NCBI RefSeq assembly: GCF_004010195.1
Contig: NW_025214699.1
Location: 1 to 46,494, forward strand
DNA length: 46,494 bases
Reading direction: 5' to 3'
Origin: Chiloscyllium plagiosum
Lineage: Eukaryota
Under the pieces are notes generated by a model that searched no databases, was not told where the DNA came from, and was given only the letters and a program-made list of their open reading frames with translations. The stretch's first letter is position 1. Every line of letters begins with the position of its first letter. The translations under genes were made by a program, and so were the position numbers. Shown in pieces: positions 1 through 9,074 of the stretch.

Positions 1-159
1 TTATCTTAGCCTGCTTGGCACACCCTCCTAATTGCTGAAGAAAGACGTCTGCCCAAAACGTCGATTCTCCTGCTCCTTTGATGCTGCCTGACCTGCTGCG
101 CTTTTCCAGCAACACATTTTTCAGCTCTGATCTCCAGTATCTGCAGTCCTCACATTCTC
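1..159 (+). mobile_element. Penelope-like element terminal repeat fragment with degenerate hammerhead core
   Basis: Bases 51-159 closely match 17976-18081 (gccc.aaacgtcgattctcctg...ccagcaacacatttt...ctgatctccag.atctgcag.cctcac.ttctc). CTGAAGA lies at 35-41, followed by AAAACGTC where the intact copy has GAAACGTC. The Penelope assignment is from family recognition. Confidence 0.65.
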
Positions 160-1948
160 GTAGAGAATAGGGCCCCTCAAAGATCAGCAAGGCGGTCTAT
201 GTGTGGAGCCACTGAAAATCGGGGAGATACTAAACGAATATTTTGCATCGGTAATTACTGTGGAAAAGGATTGGAAGAAATAAACTGTAGGGAAATAGAT
301 GGTGACATCTTGCAAAATGTCCAGATTACAGAGGAGGAAGTGCTGGATGTCTTGAAAAGGTTAAAAGTGTATAAGTCCCCAGGACCTGATGATGTGTACC
401 CGAGAACTCTGTGGGAAGCTAGAGAAATGATTGCTGGGCCTCTTGCTGAGATATTTGTATCATCGATAGTCACAGGTGAGGTGCCAGGAGACTGGAGGTT
501 GGCAAACGCGGTGCCAGTGTTTAAGAAGGGCAGTAAAGACAAACCAGGGAACTCTAGACCGGTGAGCCTGACCTCGGTAGTGTGCAAGTTGTTGGAGGGA
601 TTACTGAGGGACAGGATGTACATGTGTTTGGAAAGGCAAGGACTGATTCGGGATAGTCAACATGGCTTTGTGCGTTGGAAATCATGTCTCACAAACTTAA
701 TTGAGTTTTTTGAAGAAGTAACAAAGAAGATTGATAAGGGCAGAGCAGTAGATGTGATCTATATGGACTTCTGTAAAGCATTCGACAAGGTTCCCCATGG
801 GAATCTGATTAGCAAGGTTAGACCTCATGGAATAGAGAGAGAACTAGCCATTTGCATACAGAACTGGTTCAAAGGTAGAAGACAGAGGGTGGTGGTGATG
901 GAGGGTTGTTTTTCAGACTGAGTGCCTGTGACCACTGGAGTGCCACACAGATCGGTGCTGGGACCGCTACGTTTTGTCATTTACATAAATGATTTGGATG
1001 CGAGCATAAGATGTACAGTTAGTAAGTTTGCAAATGACACCAAAACTGGAGGTGTAGTGGACAGTGAACAGGGTTATCTCAATTTGCAGAAGGATATGGA
1101 CCAGATGGGCCAATGGGCTGAGAAGTAGCAGATAGACTTTAATTCAGATAAATGCGAGGTGCTGCATTTTGGGAAAGCAAATCTTTGCAGGACTTATACA
1201 CTTAATGGTAAGATCCTAGGGAGTGTTGCTGAACAAAGATATCTTGGAGTGCAGGTTCCTAGCACCTTGAAAGTGGAATCGCAGGTAGATAGGATAGTGA
1301 AGAAGGCATTTGGTTTGCTTTCCTTTATTGGTCAGAGTATGAAGTAGAGGGGTTGGAAGGTCATGTTGTGGCTGTACAGGACATTGGTTAGGCCACTGTT
1401 GGAATATTGCGTGCAATTCTAGTCTCCTTCCTATCGGAAATATGTTGTGAAACTTGAAAGTGTTCAGAAAATATTTACAAGGATGTTGCCAGGGTTGGAG
1501 GATCTGAACTACAGGGAGAGGCTGAACAGGCTGGTGCTGTTTTCCCTGGAGCGTCGGAGGGTGAGGGGTGACCTTATAGAGGTTTACAAAATTATAAGGG
1601 GCATGGACAGAATAAATAGACAAAGTCTTTTCCCTGGGGTCAGGGAGTCCAGAACTAGAGGGCATAGTTTTAGGGTGAGGGGAAAGATATAAAAGAGACC
1701 TAACGGGCAACATTTTCACGCAGAGGGTGGTACGTGTATGGAATGAGCTGCCAGAAGATGTGGTGGAGGCTGGTACAATTGCAATATTTAAGAGGCATTT
1801 GGATGGGTGTATGAATAGGAACGGTTTGGAGGGAGATGTGCTGGGTGCTGGCAGATTGGACTAGATTGGGTTGTGATATCTGGTCAGCATGGATGGTTTG
1901 GACAGAATGGTTTGTTTCCATGCTGTGCATCTCTATCACTCTATGACT
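160..1948 (+). mobile_element. CR1-clade LINE (HER1-like), ORF2 RT domain to 3' tail, decayed
   Basis: ORFs 199-921, 922-1128, 1159-1347 and 1447-1692 give CR1 RT motifs: KSPGPD, RPVSLTSVVCKLLE, QHGF..KSCLTNL, DVIYMDFCKAFDKVPH, GVPHRSVLGP, SKFANDTK (FADD mutated), RGDLIEVYKI. Several stops are present. The element ends in a ctctatcactctatgact tail. Confidence 0.93.
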
Positions 1949-2540
1949 GTAAGAATCTGTGTTGTGTCTCCTGAATTACTCCCAGAAACTCCTGCCATTG
2001 CTCTTCCATTGTTTTTCCTGCTAGGCTCCTCTTCCAGTCAATTCTACCCAGCTCCTCCCTCATGCCTCTGTAGTTGCCTTTATTCAGATGAAATACCATT
2101 ACCTCTGATTCTATCTTCTCCCTCTCAAATTGCAGAATAACTTCAATCATATTATGATCACTGCTTCTGACATGTTCCTTCACCTTAAGCTCCCTTAATT
2201 ATCTGCCTCATTGCGCAAAACTAAATCCAGTATTGCATGTTCTACAGTGGGCTCCACCACAAGTTGTTCCAAAAAGCCCTATAATAGATATTCCACAAAT
2301 TATTTTTCTTGTGAACCACTACCAACCTGGTTTTCTGAGTTCCCCCGCATATTGAAATCTCCCATGACCACTGTATTTGACGTTTTCTTCCCATCTTTTC
2401 TATCCCCTGGTTTGTATTGTGCCCCAGCTCCTGACTAATTTTTGGAAAACTGTACATAACGCCAACTATGTGTCTTTTCTCAAGCTTTACGGATACACAA
2501 TTGTACCTGCACAGATTTTGTTCCATCCGACCCTACTTCA
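1949..2540 (-). mobile_element. CR1 LINE endonuclease-domain fragment (older copy, part 1)
   Basis: Minus ORF 1941-2183 reads SSDHNMIE...FEREKIESEV...LNKGNYRGMREEL, homologous to the plus-strand CR1 at about 8490-8720. Confidence 0.85.
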
Positions 2541-3090
2541 TGTCATACAGTCAGAGAGTCATACAGTCAGAGAGATGTACACACCGAAACAGATCTTTCG
2601 GTCCAACTCGTCCATGACGACCAGATATCCCAACCTAACCTAGTCCCATTTTCCAGCACTTGGCCTATATCCTTCGTAGACCCCCCCACCCGTTTACATA
2701 TCCATCCAGATGCCTTTTAATTTTTGGAATGGGACCAGCGTCCACCTCTTTCTCCCACAGTTGTTTCCAGACACACACCACCCTGTGCATGAAAAAAATG
2801 CTCCTTAGGTCACTTTTAAATCTTTCCCTGCTCAACCTAAACCTATGCCCACTCGTTCTCCCCCACCTCAGAAAAATGACTTTGTCTGATTATCCCATGC
2901 ATGTCCCTCGTGATTTTCTAAACCACTATCGGGTCACCCCTCAGCCTCTGACTCTCCAGGGAAAACAGCGCCAGTCTATGCAGTTTCTCCCTGTAGCTCA
3001 AATAGTCCAATCCTCGTAACATCATTGTAAATATTTTCTGATTTTTTTCAAGATTCAGAACATCCTTCCAATAGCAAGGAGACCAGAATT
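2541..3090 (-). mobile_element. 5'-truncated CR1 LINE 3' end nested in the older CR1
   Basis: The reverse complement resembles 1400-1948 (RT C-terminus and 3' UTR). The tail shows the tandem gtcatacagtcagaga x2 at 2542-2573. It splits the endonuclease fragment on either side. Confidence 0.85.
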
Positions 3091-3630
3091 CTTACGATTG
3101 ATTTATTTTCACTCTTACTAATAAGGTAACCTCTCCCCCAACCACCCCGCCCACCCACCGCGCTATCTTTTCGATAGAATATATGCCCTTGAATATTCAG
3201 CTGTTATTCGTGATCCCCTTGCAGCCATGACTGTGTGATGCCAACCACGTCATAACTGCCAATTTCAATTGGTGCCACAAGGTCGTTTATCTTATTCCTT
3301 ATATGGCATGCATTCCCATGTAACCCTTTCAATCCTGTATTACGTGTCCCTCCTCTCAGTTTCATTTGTTTGTTCAGTGTGCTTGAAGTTTGACTGCTTA
3401 CACTTTCAATACACTCTGTGTCTGTGCTGGAGATTTTAATAACCTCTCCTGAGTTCTGCTCTCTTACCTCCTCTTTTAATTTGAGATTTCTAATTTCCCC
3501 TATAACTGAAACCCCACCTCAAAACTCAAAAGTTGTTGAAAGATCTGTCCGCAGCCCTAGTTATGTGACTGTGGCCCCAGCATTGTTCAGATGAAGACCG
3601 TCCCATCAGAACAGGTCCCTTCTTCCCCAA
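3091..3630 (-). mobile_element. CR1 LINE ORF1 esterase C-terminus / ORF2 endonuclease N-terminus (older copy, part 2)
   Basis: Manual minus translation gives WGRRDLF*WDGLHLNNAG (SGNH-esterase DGLH motif, about 3570-3630) and GLKGLHGNACHIRNKINDLVAPIEIGSYDVVGITQSWLQG (APE endonuclease start, about 3215-3335). Confidence 0.85.
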
Positions 3631-3884
3631 TAATAATATCTGTTTATTCAACACAAAATGCATGGACAAATGACGTTTGTACATTCCAAAATATGGAAAG
3701 TACAAAGAGATAATGTTGTTAAAATACAGCCATGATATTGAGTTATATAAATTGAAATGTAGGTTACGAAATCATGGAAGTAGTGTGCAGACTTTATCAG
3801 TCATTATTTGACCCACAGCTGAGATGCTGATTTCCCCTCTGTCAGTGATCCCCGTCACTGAGATTCTCTGGCCCAGTCTCTCAA

Positions 3885-4584
3885 ACAGTATCTGGGTGGT
3901 TATCAGTTCCTGCTGCTGTTCGCCCAGTCTATTTAAATTAATGCATCCTCTCCCTGGAACCAATCTATTGGTCTATTGGATTCAGTTTAACTGTCAGCAA
4001 CCCAGCTCTGTGATGTTATTCGCAATAAATGACCTGGGATCACAGCCAGTATCAGCACAGTGCTCACAGGGTATGGCACCCAGGCAAATTGTTTGCTGTG
4101 CATAGGAATTTCTAAATAATATTTCCATCTTCTGTCTACTTTCCTCAATCTGTCTCCCGATTTATCCAACTTCACTCTCTTCTAACATCTGTTCCTCTCA
4201 CTCAGTCTGTCACTCCATTTTCTCTCCACTCTATTTACCTCCCTTCACTTTGTTTCTGTCTTATTATTTCTCTTTCTATCTCAGTCTGTCTCCAATCAGT
4301 CTCTCTGTTTTCATATTGTGCAGTTGGTGAGCTCGTGGAAGTACAAGGGGCTGAATGGCCTCCTTCTCTGCTGCATTAATTCTGAGGCTCTCTGACCCAC
4401 AACAAAAACTTTAGGTCCCCGCTGAGACAGGCTGGCCCTGCGAAGGACACATTGCACAACCATCCACAATCTCTTCCAGGCCTTTGACATGCACCGGCAT
4501 CGAAATATCTGTTCAAACAAAGTAGATTAAAATTCGAGCAGTCGGGAGGACGTTCACCAGATGATGTTGCAATCAGGATTTAAT
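3885..4584. repeat. Diverged direct duplicate of 14895-15605 (non-coding, includes a TC-rich tract)
   Basis: Collinear shared blocks include ctctgtgat.ttatt, cacagtgctcaca.ggtatgg.accca, ttctaaataa, ttgtgcagttgg.gagctcgtg, ttctgagg.tctctgacccaca and aatcaggatttaat. The offset is about 11.0 kb. Confidence 0.85.
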
Positions 4585-5370
4585 AAACAGTTCCCCCATG
4601 CCTTGATAGCAGCTCCTCCCAACTAACACTCACAAGCTCCTGTCTGATACTGATATTACTTGCCTTCCACCAATTTAGCAAATTCCACAAGGTCCCAACT
4701 AATTCAGTGTTCGTAGCTATCTTTAAACTGAAGGACCTGTGATCACTGTTTCCAAAATGCTGTCCCACTGAATGGTCAGTCACGTGGACTGCCTCATTAT
4801 CTAATACGACGTGCAGTATGGCTCCTCCTGTAGTTACACTATCCACATACCGTTGCAAGGAGCTCTCTTGGATGCACTTAACAAATTCTGCCCCGTCTAA
4901 GCCTCTTGGCCTGAGAGACTCCCAGTCAATATTGGGGATGTTAAAGTCACTCACTATGGAAACTCTGTTTTTAATGCACGTTTCGATAATCGGCGGACAT
5001 ATTAGTTCCTCAATCTCTCCGTGGCTGTTGGAGGGACTACAGTGCAATCCTAACACAGTGCTTGTCTCCATCTTTATTTTTGAGCCTACTCATGTTGCCT
5101 CAGTAGATGAACCTCCAGTATGCCATCTCTAAGTGCAGATGTAACATTCTCGGTGATTAGTAATGCAACTCCTCCCCCTCTTTTACCTTCCCCTCTATCT
5201 CATCCAAAACAACAAAACCCCGGAAAGTTGAGCAGCCAGTCCTGTCGATCACTCAACCAGGTACCCATAAGGTTTGCAACATTATAGTCCCATGTACAGA
5301 TTCAGATTCTAAATTCATCTGTTTACCCATAATATTCCTTACCATGAAATAAACACACTTCAGCCCAACA
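4585..5370 (-). mobile_element. CR1 LINE endonuclease-domain fragment
   Basis: Minus ORF 4580-5071 reads SIVSDFNIPNIDWE...GAEFVKCIQE...GAILHVVL...HFGNSDHR (APE motifs GDFN and SDH). The LKCVYF start lies near 5345-5365. Confidence 0.88.
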
Positions 5371-5706
5371 CGTTAGATACTGACCTGATATTTGGTTTGA
5401 GTTTCCCTGATGTAAATTCTCCACTTCTATTTTCCGGTGAAGGCGATGATAAAAGACTGTCAGTAAAGTAGAAAAAATTGTAAACAGACAATTTCGGTTT
5501 CCTCCTTTGTCACTTCAATCTGTACGTTGCATCACATTACACACTTTCCGATTTCGATAATGTGCTGGATAATTATTGTACTTTAAACAACTGTCTCCAG
5601 CCACTCACTGCATGTTCGGCAACTATTTCTGGACCCACTGGATTGACTGCTCTCTTGTCCCTCTCTCACAAAATCTCTGTAATATTTACATTGTAGTTAT
5701 ATGTAC

Positions 5707-6310
5707 ACACCCAAGCTCCAAGTTCTTAACTGCCAGATTCCTCACATTAAACTAATCACACTTCAGAATTCCAGTCCCATTGTGTTCAGTACCCTCTCCT
5801 TCTTTGTTGTTGGTCTTAGCAGCACTGGTTTAGTCTCCAATTCCACCTCAGTCACTGTATTGTGTACATACTGCTCTAGTTCTCATTCCCCAGTACCGCA
5901 CTAGTTTAAACCCTCCTGAGTGACAACAGCAAAAATGCCTGGCAGGAGATTGCTGCCAGTTCAGGTCCATCCTGAACATTCTTGTGTATATCCTACAGAC
6001 CCGGTACTCCCAATGATCCAAATATCGGAGGTTGCTGCCAGCTCAGATCCATCACATCCTTCTTGTGCAGGTCCTACCAAACCAGGAGTCCCAATGATCC
6101 ACATATCGGAGATTGCTGCCTCCCCTGCCAGTTGTTTGGCCGTGTAATACCTTCCTATTCCTAACCTCACCTGAACGTGACATATTCTAGTCCCTTCAGT
6201 ATTCATAATGCACAACTCTGGCAAGATCGGTATGTTAAAATGGATAGATTTGATAATAAAAACTTAAGTGTGATCTCAATAACCAGGAAAGCGGAGTCCA
6301 CTGAATCAGT
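5707..6310. repeat. Direct duplication copy 1 (~604 bp); contains a minus-strand CR1 ORF1/ORF2 junction remnant
   Basis: Runs acacccaagctcc...gtccactgaatcagt and is repeated at 6455-7065. The minus strand of the copies encodes LKCDYFNVRNLAGK-like and DHW-like CR1 residues. Confidence 0.93.
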
Positions 6311-6457
6311 GTTGTGGTTCTGTTCGCCGAGCTGGAAGTTTTTGTTGCAAATGTTTCGTCCCCTGGCTAGGCGACATCATCAGTGCTTGGGAGCCTCCTG
6401 ATGTCGCCTAGCCAGGGGACGAAACGTTTGCAACAAAAACTTCCAGCTCGGCGAACA
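6311..6457. mobile_element. Penelope-like element remnant: inverted pair of terminal-repeat fragments
   Basis: 59-bp inverted arms at 6321-6379 and 6399-6457 (one mismatch) with a 19-nt spacer. It contains a CTGATGA...GAAAC hammerhead-like core and sits exactly between the two duplicated copies. Confidence 0.7.
6347..6386 (-). ncRNA. Minimal type I hammerhead ribozyme-like motif (probably damaged)
   Basis: The minus strand reads GCA-CUGAUGA-U-GUCGCCU agcc AGGGGAC-GAAA-CA-UU-UGC. It has the core boxes, a stem II with one mismatch and a short stem I GCA/UGC. The opposite arm has GAAACGUU, so CA looks like a CpG-decayed CG. Confidence 0.55.
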
Positions 6458-7065
6458 CCCAAGCTCCAAGTTCTTACCTGCCAGATTCCTCACATTAAAG
6501 TAATCACACTTCAGAATTCCAGTTCCATTGTGTTCAGTACCCTCTGCTTCTTTGTTGTTGGTCTTAGCAGCACTGGGTTTAGTCTCCAATTCCACCTGAG
6601 TCACTGTATTGTGTACATACTGCTCTGGTTCTCATTCCCCAGTACCACAGTAGTTTAAACCCTCTTGAGTGACAACAGCAAAAATGCCTGCCAGGAGATT
6701 GCTGCCAGCTCAGGTCCATCTCGAACATTCTTGCGTGTATCCTACAGACCCGGTACTCCCAATGATCCAAATATCGAAGGTTGCTGCCAGCTCAGGTCCA
6801 TCACATCCTTCTTGTGCAGGTCCTACACAGGAGTCTCAATGATCCACATATCGGAGATTGCTGCCTCCCCTGCCAGTTGTTTGGCCGTGTATTTAACTGT
6901 AATACCTTCCTATTCCTAACCTCACCTGCACGTGACATATTCTAGTCTCTTCAGTATTCATGATGCACAACTCTGTCAAGATCAGTATGTTAAAATGCAT
7001 AGATTTGATAATTAAAACTTAAGTGTGACCTCAATAACCAGGGAAGTGGAGTCCACTGAATCAGT
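6455..7065. repeat. Direct duplication copy 2 (~611 bp)
   Basis: Matches 5707-6310 end to end with scattered substitutions and small indels. Confidence 0.93.
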
Positions 7066-7628
7066 CCAATGAGCACAGGATCATCTCCACTAAACCTGCT
7101 TGACAAGGTATACATATGGACCATCTATTTGGAGATGGACGAGGATAAACAGAATACTAGGAAATGTCAGAGCAGTTGCATGCTGTTTACTCTGCTTTGC
7201 TGTTCAATTGGATTTTATTTATTTTGTTCCTTTCAATGACAGGGTCTTTATCCAGCATCCCGAGCGGGTCACAGAGTGCCCACTGTCATTGTGTGCACAG
7301 TCGTGCGTTGGGAGTATCCAGTGCCAGGTAATAGGGTGTGGGGAGTCACAGGGATGGCACAAGGAAAGGCTGCATATAGTGACGAATGGCTTGAGGGACT
7401 GAGAGAGATGGAATGGGTATCCAGGGACACTGCAATACACAAGTGGCCAGGCAAGATTCCTATACACCCAGAGGAGCCTGAGTATCACGGCTGCTTTTGC
7501 AAAAACCTGTCACATTTGTTGCATTTCTCCATCGAACAAAAGCAAAAATATTGTGCATGGCAGAACTCCGAAGCAAACACAGAGACATACTGTGGAGAGA
7601 GAAAAGAGTTAATGCTCCCAATGCAGAA

Positions 7629-7731
7629 ATGGGAAGAATATACAAACTCCACACAGGCAGGGTCCAGATATTGGAATTGAACTCGAGTCCCTAGCACTGT
7701 GCGGCAGCAGAGCTGTTTCACCGTGCTGCCC
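7629..7731 (-). mobile_element. Old HE1/V-SINE 5' (tRNA-derived head) fragment
   Basis: caaactccacaca...ggaattgaactc...tgtgcggcagcag...ccgtgctgcc resembles 11135-11239 of the full HE1 copy. Confidence 0.7.
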
Positions 7732-9074
7732 AATGACGGATAATTGGGGATAGTCTAGAGAGAGGCATAGATACTGTTCTTTGTGACCGGTATAGAGACC
7801 AGAAGGTTGTGTTGCCTAACTGGTACTTGGGTTTGGGATTTGTCATCTGGGCTGCAGAAGAACTTGGAGTGGGAGGGGAATGATCCAGTGGTCAGGGTCC
7901 GTGTAGGTACCCACGGCTGGACAAACAAATAACAATGAGAAGAGGGACGATTAATACAGCACTGAACTGTTGTATCAGAATGTCTGCAGTACCAGTAGTA
8001 AGGTAAATCAGCTTGCGACCCAGACACAAATTGGCAGGTACAACATGGTGGGTATCACAGTGTCATCGCTGCAAGAGGATCAGGATTGGACTCTGAATAT
8101 TCAAGGATATTCATCCTATCGAAAAGATTGGCAGGTGGGTAGAGGGACAGAGTTGGCTCATTAGTAAGAAATGGCATTGAATCAATAATAAGAAATAAAA
8201 TAAGGTCAGATGGTGCAGAATCTGTGTCGGTAAAATTGAGGAATCAAAAAGGTGTAAAAAATGCAGTTGGGGTTATGTACAGGGAGCTGGGGTGCAAGAT
8301 TAACCAGGAGCTAGAAAGATCTATAGGAAAGGCAAAGTTGCAGTGATCATGTGGGATTTCATTATGCAGGTGGACCAGGAATTCAGGATGATAGTGATTT
8401 GCAGGAAAATGAATTTGTGGAATGTCTATGAGATGGCGTTTTGAGCAGCTTGTGCAGGCAGACTAGATGAGGGGAGCTGAAGGTGAAGGAAACGTAGCAG
8501 GCAGTGATCATAATATGATTGAACTTACTCTTCAATTTCAGATGGAGAAGTTAGAATCAGAGGTAACAGTATTACAGCTGAATAAAGGCAATTGCAGAGG
8601 CACGAGAGAGGAGCTGGGTAGAATTGACTGGGAGACGCGCCCAGCAGGAAAGACAGTGCAACAATAATGCCAGGAGATGTTTGGAGTAATTCAGGATGCA
8701 GCAGAGATTTATCCCAAGTCAAAAGAGGCATGGTACAGGGAGGATGAGGCAACCATGGCTGACGAGGGAAGTCAGGTATAACATAAAAGCAAAAGACAAA
8801 GGATATAATATAATGAGGCAAAATGGAGTGGGAAACCAGAAGACTGGGAAACTTACAAAGACAAAACATAAGCAAACAAAATAAAATAAGGAGGGCAGAG
8901 AATAAGCTAGCCAGTAATATAAAGTTAGTCTGTAAGAGTTTCTTTCGATATATAAAATACAAAAGAGCGGCAAAAGTGGGCATTGGACTGCTGGAAAATG
9001 GCAATGGAGAGATAGTAGTGGGGACCAAGAAAAAGGCTGAGGAACTGAAAAATTACTTCACGTGGAAGATACGA

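Noticed and set aside
199..1692. Functional reverse transcriptase gene
   Set aside because: It is broken by stops and frameshifts, the catalytic motif reads FAND, and the 5' part is missing.
4170..4310. Pyrimidine-rich tract as an independent microsatellite or splice signal
   Set aside because: It is degenerate low-complexity sequence that is part of the duplicated segment (counterpart at about 15180-15330), with no exon evidence next to it.
6321..6457. pre-miRNA or MITE explanation for the long hairpin
   Set aside because: The arms are unequal pieces of one repeat with a hammerhead core, the left side extends beyond the inverted region, and there is no short MITE-type TSD. An inverted Penelope-like remnant explains it better.
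7100..7733. Cluster of short ORFs (up to 134 aa), and similar ones at 12575-12964 and 14773-15391
   Set aside because: No recognisable domain or GPCR transmembrane motifs, and they partly overlap SINE/CR1 remnants or TC-rich low complexity. They are not the missing GPCR exon 2.
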